The notes under the pieces: model-generated
The model's input: only the letters and a program-made list of their open reading frames with translations
What the model was told of the DNA's origin: nothing
Database searches by the model: none
Translations under genes and position numbers: made by a program
Shown: positions 8,808 through 16,478 of the stretch, piece after piece
Layout of the letters: every line of letters starts with the position of its first letter
How positions within the stretch are numbered: position 1 is the first letter of the stretch
IMG/VR virus record: IMGVR_UViG_3300045988_130903
Direction: 5' to 3' (one strand)
Length of the DNA: 37,917 bases
Origin: a virus

Positions 8808-10007
8808 TTAATGCCCATTTCCTACCTCCACAAATTTTTGCTTTTTAGTATCAAATTTAAAATTTTTCACTAAACAACTTCCATCATCATTTTTGGCGAC
8901 TAATATATCGACATTTTTAATATCAATTTGTTTTTTATAATTTTTGTTGTAAAGTAATATAACTTTTCTTGCTGATTGTTCTATTTCTCCACTATCACGT
9001 AAATCTTGAAGTTTTGGTTCTCGCTCATCTTTTTGGCTTTCTCTTGATAATTGGCATAATCCAAAAATTGTGCAATTATAATCCAAGCATAAACCTCTTA
9101 TTTTTTTAGCAACATTTGTCATTTTTTCATAAAGACTGTTACCTTGTGAATTAATAAGCCCAATGTGGTCTAATATAACAACTATCTTTCTATCATCTTT
9201 GATGTTTGATATAATTTTTTCAATATTATCTATGTTTTGAGAATTATTTATTAAAATTATTTTTCTTTCTTCTATTTCACTAATTTTTTGATATAAAAAT
9301 TTTACTTCTTTTGTTTCTAATGTTCTTATATCGTTGAATTTATTGATATTAATACCAGTTTCAATTGCACTTAATCTTTTGTATAAAGTCTTTTTGCTCA
9401 TTTCCATATTAAAATAAACACATTGATATTCTTTTGATAAATTACTTAATAAATTTAAAGCAAAAGTTGTTTTTCCTGTTCCAGTTCCCCCAGCAAGAAT
9501 GACAAAGTCATTTTGTGAAATGTATAAAGCTTTGTCTAAATCGCTAAAGCCAAGTTTTACTTGTGAGTTTTTTTCTTCTAATGTATTAATCATATCTTCG
9601 GCTGTTATATATTCATTTTCTTCAATATTTAATTCTCTTATTTTATCAATTTGTTTATAAAATTCATCAATATTGCCTGAAAATAATTCTATTGTTCTTT
9701 TTAGTTGCCTACTTTTAAAATTTTCAATTATTTGCTTTTCTAAAATCTTAAATTGTTTTTCTCTTGAAGAATTATATAAATTGTTTTCTAAAAGTTCCAT
9801 ATAATAATCTAAATCAAAATTATTATATTTTATAAGTTCAGCTAAAACCAACGCATTATTTTTTTTATATTCTTTTGTAATAATTTCAAATAATATTTTA
9901 TCTTTGCCTTCAAAATATTCTTTTTTGATAATTGTTCTTTTCAAAAAATCATTATAATTAATAACAAGTGCTAAATATTCATATTCTGCGATATTCTGTT
10001 CCATCAT
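8808..10007 (-). CDS. dnaB: DnaB-like replicative DNA helicase
   Basis: Walker A AGGTGTGKTTFALNL; DnaB-type C-terminal domain (ILDHIGL..., RDSGEIEQSA). Confidence 0.8.
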   Translation of the reverse strand: MMEQNIAEYEYLALVINYNDFLKRTIIKKEYFEGKDKILFEIITKEYKKNNALVLAELIKYNNFDLDYYMELLENNLYNSSREKQFKILEKQIIENFKSRQLKRTIELFSGNIDEFYKQIDKIRELNIEENEYITAEDMINTLEEKNSQVKLGFSDLDKALYISQNDFVILAGGTGTGKTTFALNLLSNLSKEYQCVYFNMEMSKKTLYKRLSAIETGININKFNDIRTLETKEVKFLYQKISEIEERKIILINNSQNIDNIEKIISNIKDDRKIVVILDHIGLINSQGNSLYEKMTNVAKKIRGLCLDYNCTIFGLCQLSRESQKDEREPKLQDLRDSGEIEQSARKVILLYNKNYKKQIDIKNVDILVAKNDDGSCLVKNFKFDTKKQKFVEVGNGH

Positions 10008-10698
10008 TTTTTTCACTTTCCTTGTTTAATTTATAAAAATCTTTCCATTTGCCATTTATGGCTTGGCTTATTATTTCAATTTTATCTTCATCAGTTTTCC
10101 CATATTCATTTAATTTCTTAACTAATCTATTTATTATACTTTCAGATATATTATATTTATTATCTTCTCTTAATTTAATATATTCTTTAAATAGATTATA
10201 TATATTATTAATATTATTTTTATTATTTATATTAATTTTATTTAAAGAATTAATAATAAAATCAGATACAGATACAGATGTATGCATAGGGTATTGATAC
10301 CCTATTGATACCCTATAATTTTCTATCAATTTTGATATTTTTTCTTTAAAATTATTACTTTTTATATATTGAGATAATTTTTCAACATTTTTTAATAATT
10401 TTTCACTTTTTGTCCAATTATATTTGTACCAATTTTTAATAAATATTTCATTTGTTCTAAAATCAAATTCAATAACTTCATGTTCTTGCGACATCCTGTT
10501 TATCAATTTTTCAATAGTATCTTTATTATAACCAGTTTCATTTATTATTTGCTTAAAAGAAATTTGATAGCAACCTAATAAATTTGTATGTGGATTTGTT
10601 AATAAATATAAATAAAAATATTTATCCTCAGAAGTAAAATTATCAACAATTTTTATATCTTCCCAAAAAGATAAAGATACATTTCTATAAATTGCCAT
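9979..10698 (-). CDS. Replication initiator / replisome organiser-like protein
   Basis: N-terminus RNVSLSFWEDIKIV...KYFYLYLLTNPHTNLLGCYQIS is typical of phage replication organisers. It sits directly upstream of the helicase and carries an internal iteron/AT-rich module. Confidence 0.65.
   Translation of the reverse strand: MAIYRNVSLSFWEDIKIVDNFTSEDKYFYLYLLTNPHTNLLGCYQISFKQIINETGYNKDTIEKLINRMSQEHEVIEFDFRTNEIFIKNWYKYNWTKSEKLLKNVEKLSQYIKSNNFKEKISKLIENYRVSIGYQYPMHTSVSVSDFIINSLNKININNKNNINNIYNLFKEYIKLREDNKYNISESIINRLVKKLNEYGKTDEDKIEIISQAINGKWKDFYKLNKESEKNDGTEYRRI
10188..10315. repeat. Origin-like module inside the organiser gene: AT-rich tract, CAGATA hexamer repeats, three TAGGGTA/TACCCTA heptamers at 11-bp phasing
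   Basis: CAGATACAGATACAGATG at 10263-10280. TAGGGTA at 10287, TACCCTA at 10298 and 10309. TAGGGTAttgaTACCCTA is a palindrome. Confidence 0.6.
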
Positions 10699-10699
10699 A

Positions 10700-10879
10700 T
10701 TATTCCTCCTTTTTATCTTTTATATTAAATTGTAAAAATTCAACATGATAATTACTTATTGTTATAATATAATTAAGAAATTTAATTGCTTCCTCATAAT
10801 TATCTTCAAAATGAAACACTAATTCATTTTGAGTTAAACTTTCTTCAACATCATCTTTAATTACTACATTATAATACAT
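10700..10879 (-). CDS. Hypothetical protein, 59 aa (below track cutoff)
   Basis: Hand translation MYYNVVIKDDVEESLTQNELVFHFEDNYEEAIKFLNYIITISNYHVEFLQFNIKDKKEE. Confidence 0.45.
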   Translation of the reverse strand: MYYNVVIKDDVEESLTQNELVFHFEDNYEEAIKFLNYIITISNYHVEFLQFNIKDKKEE

Positions 10880-10881
10880 TT

Positions 10882-11082
10882 TTATTCTCCTTTCTTAATA
10901 AAATAATCTTCAATTTCTGCTTCGTAATTAAGAAACTTTGTTACACAATAAGCAACAAGTTTTGAACATTCCTGTTTACCGTTTATAACTCTTCTTAATG
11001 TATCTGGATTTAATCCAATAACTTTTGCCATTTGTGTTTTGTTAAACATTTTAGCAGTTTCTTTGTCTTTAAATGTATACAT
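10882..11082 (-). CDS. Small HTH DNA-binding protein (Cro/XRE-like)
   Basis: NKTQMAKVIGLNPDTLRRVINGKQ is a helix-turn-helix. It is the first gene after a promoter. Confidence 0.6.
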   Translation of the reverse strand: MYTFKDKETAKMFNKTQMAKVIGLNPDTLRRVINGKQECSKLVAYCVTKFLNYEAEIEDYFIKKGE

Positions 11083-11111
11083 TATTTTTACCTCCTTTAT
11101 TGTATAACTAG

Positions 11112-11140
11112 ATTATACATCTTATTTTTAAAATAGTCAA
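11112..11140 (-). promoter_or_regulatory. Sigma-A type promoter TTGACT-17-TATAAT
   Basis: Minus strand reads TTGACTATTTTAAAAATAAGATGTATAAT, directly after a terminator. Confidence 0.6.
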
Positions 11141-11153
11141 TACCTAAAAATAC

Positions 11154-11180
11154 AAAAAAAGAACTTTTTTTAAGTTCTTT
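11154..11180 (-). terminator. Rho-independent terminator
   Basis: AAAGAACTT-AAAAA-AAGTTCTTT followed by a T run on the minus strand, just after the stop at 11189. Confidence 0.65.
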
Positions 11181-11188
11181 CATTTTTA

Positions 11189-11791
11189 CTAATCTAATAT
11201 GTCATCAGTAATTTCTACTGAATTTCCATAAGCTTCAAATGGATTGTTGTTTTCTTCTTTTCTTTCGTTATAATCATCAATTGTCATATAAGAACCATTT
11301 AATAATCTAACACTGTCAGATACTTCAATATCTTTCATTTTTTCAAGACTTCTAAATTTGCTCAATCTAACTTTTACGCCTTTAGTTCCATCTTGTTTTT
11401 CATATTCTTCATATTGAAATACTCCACAAACTTTTTTGCCTTTTAATTTTGTTTCGTCCCAGTCCCATTTATAACCAATGTTGCTATTTTCAACAATTGT
11501 TATGAAACCTTTAAAATAAGCTACATTATCGCCAGTAAATGCAAGATAACGAACAGCATTGTTATTCCATTTTCTATCAATTCTAGTATCTGTATCATAC
11601 ATTTTTTGAAAATAATCTTTGTATTCTCCACTTGCAATGTCAATTGATACTTTAAATGTATCTTTTCCACTTTGTTCATTATGATTTACTCTTGCGTCTT
11701 TTATCACGCATTCATAAGCTCCAATAGGTAGTCCTCTAAAATCGTCCATCCCTTTTGCGTCAATTTCATTCCAATTATTAATTATTTCCAT
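11189..11791 (-). CDS. DUF669-like phage protein (partner of Sak4-type ATPases)
   Basis: 200 aa; position and sequence style (GAYECVIKDARV...KDTFKVSIDI). Family assignment is from memory. Confidence 0.5.
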   Translation of the reverse strand: MEIINNWNEIDAKGMDDFRGLPIGAYECVIKDARVNHNEQSGKDTFKVSIDIASGEYKDYFQKMYDTDTRIDRKWNNNAVRYLAFTGDNVAYFKGFITIVENSNIGYKWDWDETKLKGKKVCGVFQYEEYEKQDGTKGVKVRLSKFRSLEKMKDIEVSDSVRLLNGSYMTIDDYNERKEENNNPFEAYGNSVEITDDILD

Positions 11792-11928
11792 TATTTATTT
11801 CCTCCTAAAAAAGTAACTTTAACTTTATCTAAATTATCAGTATTTTCAACTAATACTGAGTATCCACTTTTTAATAAAATATTTTGTAAATCTTCTAATA
11901 AGTAATTTTCAATTATAATATAATTCAT
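11791..11928 (-). CDS. Hypothetical protein, 45 aa (below track cutoff)
   Basis: Hand translation MNYIIIENYLLEDLQNILLKSGYSVLVENTDNLDKVKVTFLGGNK. TAATG coupling at both ends. Confidence 0.4.
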   Translation of the reverse strand: MNYIIIENYLLEDLQNILLKSGYSVLVENTDNLDKVKVTFLGGNK

Positions 11929-13364
11929 TATTTTTCTTCTCCTTCTTCTATCTTTTCTGTAATTGGTTTAAAATTATAATATTCTCTAATTGTTTTATCA
12001 ATTTCTGCTAAATCATTAGGTATAAATTCTTCTTCATACATTTCATAAGGTGTCTTCGCTACACTATCTCCAGCACTTCTTGTTTGAAATACGTGTTCAC
12101 CCTCTTTAATAACACTTCTAAAAACTATATTTAATAATCCCTCTATACACAAATTATCGTTAATCATTTTCCCTGTCGTCTTTGGTTTAGATATTCCATC
12201 AATAATATCTTCGTGAATTGTCATATAAACAATCTTTTCACCATCAAGTTTTCTAATAGTTTTTAACAAGTCTGCATAATGTTTAGCCATTTCCGTATGT
12301 TTATCATAACCTTTTATCATTGCTTTATCAAAATTTTCAAATTGCATAAGATAACCAGTGTCATCTAAACATATAATTCTTTTTTTAGTGCCTTGAATAG
12401 CACTAGCAATTTTTGTATAATCATCACATTCTACAAATTTTAATCCTGTTTTATTTCTAAATGGTAGTTCAGATTTTGCTACCGATATAATTGCTGTTTC
12501 TTCTGGTGGTAAGTTTCTAAAACTAAAACTTTTACCTGTGCCAGAAGCACCCATAATTAATACTGGAATACTTTTCATATCTTTTATCCTCCTTAATTCT
12601 AACATTAATTCTGCTTTTTCTTTTTCATAAGGTATTTGAATAACCTCGTAATTGTCTTTGTTTTCGGTTAAATATACTATTTCAGTTCTTAATACTGGAA
12701 TACCTAACAACTCTTGCAAGATGTATTTATAAATACTTAATTGTATTTTGTAATGCTCGTAAGAATTATCTAATGTGTCTTGAAATGGTATCATCATATA
12801 TTTTTTATAAACTTTCTTATCAGGATTATCATAATATCCATCCATGTATGAATTTGTCTTATAGTCAATTATTACAACACCTTTATCAATTTTATCGTAA
12901 AATAAATGGTCAATAGCCGAACTTACATCTGCCCACTCAACGCCGATTAATAATTCATCTTTGATGTGTATATATCGGTCTTTATAATCATTGTAATAAT
13001 TAATTGAATGGTGTTTTATTTTGTCAACTACTTCAAGATATTCTTTTGAGTTATCAAACGGTCTTAAATGCCACTCGTTGCCACTAAATAATGACTGAGT
13101 GTATTCATGTATTGTTGTACCTTTTACGCAACTAAAATCACGTTTATAATGCCATTCTTCAATTATTTGTGTAACTTCTTTATTTTGTTTTTGTGCTACC
13201 ATTTCAGCAACATTTTGTTCATCAAATTTATTAGCATAAAGTCCGATAAGCGAAGTAACACCAATTCCAACCTTAACACCATTGCAATAATAAGTATGAG
13301 TATCTTCTTCAAAAGTATATTTATCAAACACCTTTAACTTTTGTTTAATTTCTTCAAGTGTCAT
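11928..13364 (-). CDS. Fusion of a PD-(D/E)XK (RecB/Cas4-like) nuclease and a P-loop ATPase (Sak4/AAA_24-like)
   Basis: N-terminal half has IIDYKTN...YKIQLSIYKYIL. C-terminal half has Walker A GASGTGKS and Walker B RIICLDD. Confidence 0.65.
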   Translation of the reverse strand: MTLEEIKQKLKVFDKYTFEEDTHTYYCNGVKVGIGVTSLIGLYANKFDEQNVAEMVAQKQNKEVTQIIEEWHYKRDFSCVKGTTIHEYTQSLFSGNEWHLRPFDNSKEYLEVVDKIKHHSINYYNDYKDRYIHIKDELLIGVEWADVSSAIDHLFYDKIDKGVVIIDYKTNSYMDGYYDNPDKKVYKKYMMIPFQDTLDNSYEHYKIQLSIYKYILQELLGIPVLRTEIVYLTENKDNYEVIQIPYEKEKAELMLELRRIKDMKSIPVLIMGASGTGKSFSFRNLPPEETAIISVAKSELPFRNKTGLKFVECDDYTKIASAIQGTKKRIICLDDTGYLMQFENFDKAMIKGYDKHTEMAKHYADLLKTIRKLDGEKIVYMTIHEDIIDGISKPKTTGKMINDNLCIEGLLNIVFRSVIKEGEHVFQTRSAGDSVAKTPYEMYEEEFIPNDLAEIDKTIREYYNFKPITEKIEEGEEK

Positions 13365-13513
13365 TGTTCCTCCTTGTTTTTTTTGATGTAATCACCAAAA
13401 ATTTTATTAGCAAGCCCAGAAATTGTATAACCTTGATTTTTTGCAATTTCTTTAAATTGTTTTTTTAATTTTTCAGTAGTGCTAATTTGTAAAACAATTT
13501 TTTTGCTTTCCAT
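13361..13513 (-). CDS. Ribbon-helix-helix (CopG/Arc-like) protein, 50 aa (below track cutoff)
   Basis: Hand translation MESKKIVLQISTTEKLKKQFKEIAKNQGYTISGLANKIFGDYIKKNKEEQ. Strong RBS AGGAGGG; ATGA coupling to the next gene. Confidence 0.6.
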   Translation of the reverse strand: MESKKIVLQISTTEKLKKQFKEIAKNQGYTISGLANKIFGDYIKKNKEEQ

Positions 13514-13535
13514 TTTATCCCTCCTATCTATTAAA

Positions 13536-13564
13536 ATTATACTATTATTTTAATAATTTGTCAA
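13536..13564 (-). promoter_or_regulatory. Consensus sigma-A promoter TTGACA-17-TATAAT
   Basis: Minus strand reads TTGACAAATTATTAAAATAATAGTATAAT, upstream of the RHH gene. Confidence 0.7.
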
Positions 13565-13597
13565 TAAAATAATATTGCTTTTTTATAAAAAAAATAA

Positions 13598-13798
13598 TTA
13601 AAAATCGTTAATACAATTTTCACATATATAACCAATACCACCATTTAAAAAACCAGTTGTGTCAGTTAAATCTTCTTCAAATTCCCAATTATCACAAATT
13701 GCACATTTTTTCAAATTAAAACGCAACGCTAATTCTTGAATAGAATTTTCATCATTCAAAAAATTTCTTATAAATTCTCTTTCTTCTTCTTTTTGCAT
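13598..13798 (-). CDS. Small zinc-ribbon protein, 66 aa
   Basis: CAICDN ... CENC cysteine pairs. Confidence 0.5.
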   Translation of the reverse strand: MQKEEEREFIRNFLNDENSIQELALRFNLKKCAICDNWEFEEDLTDTTGFLNGGIGYICENCINDF

Positions 13799-14055
13799 TA
13801 TTTATCCTCCTTTATAATTTTTGATAATTTTGATAAATCGACTTGCTTTTTCTTAAAAATTTGCTCAATTTTTTTTAATTTTATTTCTTTCTTTAATAAT
13901 TTCCTTTTATAATCTTTAAAATTATTAATTTCATTTCTTGCGTTATTATAAAGTTGTCTAAATTTATGATTTTCTTTTATCAAAAAATCTATCGTTTCAT
14001 TTAAGTCTATTATTTCTTTTTCTGTTTTTTTTGCTTTTTTTATATTTTCTTTCAT
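13798..14055 (-). CDS. Lys-rich coiled-coil protein, 85 aa
   Basis: ORF track; GGAGGAAATCATAA precedes the ATG. Confidence 0.5.
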   Translation of the reverse strand: MKENIKKAKKTEKEIIDLNETIDFLIKENHKFRQLYNNARNEINNFKDYKRKLLKKEIKLKKIEQIFKKKQVDLSKLSKIIKEDK

Positions 14056-14263
14056 TTATGATTTCCTCCAAATATTTTATAATTATTTTATCACTTTCAC
14101 TGTTTCTAAATTTTAAATATTCGATTTGTAATTCTAGTGGCATTTGTTGTCTACCATGTTCATATCGTGAAATTGAAGTTGACGCTAAATTAAATTTGTT
14201 TTCTAAATCTATTTGCTTTATTTTTGCACTTTTTCTTAATTTTGTCCACATTGTTTCTTGCAT
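13997..14263 (-). CDS. XRE-family HTH transcriptional regulator
   Basis: IKQIDLENKFNLASTSISRYEHGRQ is a helix-turn-helix. The 3' end overlaps the next gene by 59 nt. Confidence 0.65.
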   Translation of the reverse strand: MQETMWTKLRKSAKIKQIDLENKFNLASTSISRYEHGRQQMPLELQIEYLKFRNSESDKIIIKYLEEIINERKYKKSKKNRKRNNRLK

Positions 14264-14276
14264 ATATTAATCCTTT

Positions 14277-14501
14277 CTATAACCTAACTAAACAATAATT
14301 CTCACTATGGTTAGTCATACATTTTTCCAAATCCCCAGATATAGAAGATATGCAAAATGCTAATAAAACTATTATAGCAACCACTATAAAGAAAAATATA
14401 ATTAATTCTTTTTTTTGTCGCTTTTTAATTTTTGCTTTTTCTATCTCCCATATTCTTTTTTTGTTTTCTTGTAACACTTCTTGTAAACTTTTTTCTTTCA
14501 T
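14277..14501 (-). CDS. Small membrane protein, 74 aa
   Basis: Single TM segment LIIFFFIVVAIIVLLAFCISSI; first gene after a promoter. Confidence 0.5.
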   Translation of the reverse strand: MKEKSLQEVLQENKKRIWEIEKAKIKKRQKKELIIFFFIVVAIIVLLAFCISSISGDLEKCMTNHSENYCLVRL

Positions 14502-14530
14502 TTTTAATCCTCCATTTCTTAACTAAATTA

Positions 14531-14559
14531 ATTATATTACAATTGACTAAAAAAGTCAA
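14531..14559 (-). promoter_or_regulatory. Sigma-A promoter TTGACT-17-TATAAT with a palindromic operator-like -35 region
   Basis: Minus strand reads TTGACTTTTTTAGTCAATTGTAATATAAT. TTGACT-TTTTT-AGTCAA is a 17-bp palindrome (14543-14559). Confidence 0.6.
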
Positions 14560-14570
14560 GTATCTAAATA

Positions 14571-14607
14571 AAAAAAATAAAAAATAAGTTTTTTCATCTT
14601 ATTTTTT
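14571..14607 (-). terminator. Weak A/U-rich terminator-like hairpin after the endolysin gene
   Basis: AAAAAATAAG-9 nt-CTTATTTTTT followed by a T run; the stem is almost all A-U. Confidence 0.3.
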
Positions 14608-15454
14608 ATTGTTTTATCAAAAATTTACTAGCCATAAAACCTACTTGATTTGTATTATCTATCTTAACCTTATAATATGTATATCCATACTTGTTATAAC
14701 CATAACCCAAATACGTAACAATAGTTCCTTTTCTATAAACTTTGACTTTTTTACCATTACTATCTAACATCCATAATCCAAGTAAAGCGTTAACTTTATA
14801 CTTTACTTCTTTTTTTTGCTCTACTATAGAACATTCACTTGCTAAAACCCAACTATATAACTCTTTTAAAAGAATAGTTTGTCCATCTTTGCTTACTTGT
14901 AGTATAGTATATGTTTTGTTTTTGTAGTTGTTAGGTATTTTTATTCCTTTTGAATTTCCTTGATATTCTGTAGCACTTTCACTTAATCTTACAATTTGAC
15001 CTGTTTTAAACGAAATTTTAGGAGTATCATTTTCAAACTTAATAGGCAAATAGATAAATCCTTGAAATTTATATTTGTCATTATATTTGTAATCGTTTTT
15101 TAAGTGTTTCATATAGAATAAAGTACCTTTGTAAGCACTATTGCTAATATCAATAGAACCATCTTCATAAATCTTCTCTACTACTGCTACATGACCTTTG
15201 TTGCCTTTAAAACATATTATTGAACCTAACTTTGGTGTTTTCCCCTTTTCTAGACTTTTTGTATTAGGATACCAGTTTTCAGCATTGCCATAATGTAATC
15301 CGTTTGGAATATAGCCTATTAGCTCTAAAATTCTACCATAAGCATAGCATGTACAATTTGGCAATCCATAGCCATTTAGGTAATATCTATTGTTATTACT
15401 ATAATAGCATTTATTATTTTTTGTTGGTGCGGTTGTTCTTGGTGTAAATTTCAT
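14606..15454 (-). CDS. Endolysin: CHAP-domain peptidoglycan hydrolase with SH3-like cell-wall-binding repeats
   Basis: NCTCYAYGR...GSIICFKGNKGHVAVVEKI (CHAP Cys/His); repeated C-terminal SH3-like segments. ATG at 15454. Confidence 0.8.
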   Translation of the reverse strand: MKFTPRTTAPTKNNKCYYSNNNRYYLNGYGLPNCTCYAYGRILELIGYIPNGLHYGNAENWYPNTKSLEKGKTPKLGSIICFKGNKGHVAVVEKIYEDGSIDISNSAYKGTLFYMKHLKNDYKYNDKYKFQGFIYLPIKFENDTPKISFKTGQIVRLSESATEYQGNSKGIKIPNNYKNKTYTILQVSKDGQTILLKELYSWVLASECSIVEQKKEVKYKVNALLGLWMLDSNGKKVKVYRKGTIVTYLGYGYNKYGYTYYKVKIDNTNQVGFMASKFLIKQ

Positions 15455-15458
15455 TTTA

Positions 15459-15632
15459 TCACTCTTCTTTCTTATCAATTTTACTTGCAAAGTAAAAAGT
15501 CATTATCATTATAACCAAATCTTTATAATCTGGCTCTACTATTTCAATAAAACACATAATGGTATATGAAATTACCACAATTAATGATAATATGCTTTTC
15601 AAATCAATTAATTTTGCTATTTTTTCTTTCAT
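15459..15632 (-). CDS. Holin (two TM segments), 57 aa
   Basis: ATG at 15632 after GAGGGGGG. SILSLIVVISYTIMCFI and LVIMIMTFYFA; charged C-terminus. Immediately upstream of the endolysin. Confidence 0.65.
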   Translation of the reverse strand: MKEKIAKLIDLKSILSLIVVISYTIMCFIEIVEPDYKDLVIMIMTFYFASKIDKKEE

Positions 15633-15653
15633 ATTAATACCCCCCTCTAATAC

Positions 15654-15681
15654 ATTATAACACAAAAAAAGAGTAATTCAA
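15654..15681 (-). promoter_or_regulatory. Promoter TTGAAT-16-TGtTATAAT for the lysis genes; the -35 lies inside the preceding terminator hairpin
   Basis: Minus strand reads TTGAATTACTCTTTTTTTGTGTTATAAT. Confidence 0.45.
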
Positions 15682-15690
15682 AATTACTCT
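15664..15690 (-). terminator. Strong Rho-independent terminator
   Basis: AGAGTAATT-TTG-AATTACTCT (9-bp stem) followed by seven T on the minus strand. Confidence 0.75.
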
Positions 15691-15734
15691 AAAAGACCTA
15701 AAAGGATTAGGAAAATGAAAAAAACTCAAGGTCT
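15664..15734 (-). ncRNA. Candidate ~70-nt small RNA or leader between a consensus promoter and the terminator
   Basis: Inferred start about 7 nt after the -10 at 15741. Contains nested hairpins AGACCU...AGGUCU and CCUAA-UCCUU-UUAGG (anti-SD-like loop), then the terminator. Confidence 0.4.
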
Positions 15735-15740
15735 ATTAAT

Positions 15741-15768
15741 AATTATATCATTAAATGGTATATTGTCA
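15741..15768 (-). promoter_or_regulatory. Near-consensus promoter TTGACA-16-TGaTATAAT
   Basis: Minus strand reads TTGACAATATACCATTTAATGATATAAT, starting 3 nt after the tRNA-like 3' CCA. Confidence 0.65.
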
Positions 15769-15770
15769 AA

Positions 15771-15844
15771 TTGGAGGGAGTGGAGAATGTTGCAATCTCG
15801 CTCAAGGTGTTGCAGACCTTTGCCTTACTTCTTGGCTACACTCC
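15771..15844 (-). tRNA. tRNA-Cys(GCA)-like gene with encoded CCA and a non-canonical D/T-loop elbow
   Basis: Hand fold: GGGAGUG/CACUCCC 7-bp acceptor, D stem GCC/GGC, anticodon stem AAGGU/ACCUU with loop CUGCAAC, T stem GAGA(U)/(U)UCUC with loop UGCAACA, then U-CCA. Confidence 0.6.
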
Positions 15845-15859
15845 CATTTGAAGAAGAAA

Positions 15860-16309
15860 TTAATCTTCTTTTGGTATTTTTGTATAATAAACCCAAATTT
15901 TGTCTTTTACGGCGTCCTCATCATTAATAAATGCGTTTGCCATTTTTACATAAGTTTCAACATCTTCTTTATCAATAACTTTGTTATAATCATTTACAAG
16001 ACTATTCATAACTACATAAAAATCGCAATCGGTAGCATTTACGCCATAATCTCTTTTGACTTTTGAAGTTGTTTCAAAGTCCCAATATTCGCCTAGTGGT
16101 TTCATATCGTGAACTATTTCATAAGCCATATCTTCATTTAATTTATAATCGTAAGCCATTCCTAATAATTTCATTTTATATTTTTTATAACATTTTGGGT
16201 CGGTTTCTTTCAATTTATAAATAGTATCTTCAAGCATTTCAGATAATTCTTCCATATCTTCTTGTTTACCATTATCAACTATTTTTTTAATATATTCTCT
16301 AATTTTCAT
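15860..16309 (-). CDS. Hypothetical acidic protein, 149 aa
   Basis: ORF track. Confidence 0.6.
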   Translation of the reverse strand: MKIREYIKKIVDNGKQEDMEELSEMLEDTIYKLKETDPKCYKKYKMKLLGMAYDYKLNEDMAYEIVHDMKPLGEYWDFETTSKVKRDYGVNATDCDFYVVMNSLVNDYNKVIDKEDVETYVKMANAFINDEDAVKDKIWVYYTKIPKED

Positions 16310-16478
16310 TAGTGCCTCCTTTCAATAATTTGTCTAGTTTATTCTCAATACTTTCTAAATGTTCGTGTAAATAGTTATGGTCTTCTCTAGCCTTGTTATA
16401 ACTATTAATTTGCATTGCAAATGATATAATGACTAAGATATCAAGTATTTCAAATTGTTGATTATCGTTATTTTGCAT
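16299..16478 (-). CDS. Hypothetical protein, 59 aa (below track cutoff)
   Basis: Hand translation MQNNDNQQFEILDILVIISFAMQINSYNKAREDHNYLHEHLESIENKLDKLLKGGTNEN. Overlaps both neighbours by 11 nt. Confidence 0.4.
   Translation of the reverse strand: MQNNDNQQFEILDILVIISFAMQINSYNKAREDHNYLHEHLESIENKLDKLLKGGTNEN

Noticed and set aside
15845-15872. Hairpin AAGAAGA-UUAAUU-UCUUCUU as a terminator between gene 15860-16309 and the tRNA-like gene
   Set aside because: On the minus strand it is not followed by a U run and it overlaps the stop codon. The T run lies on the plus strand, where nothing is transcribed. It is probably incidental.
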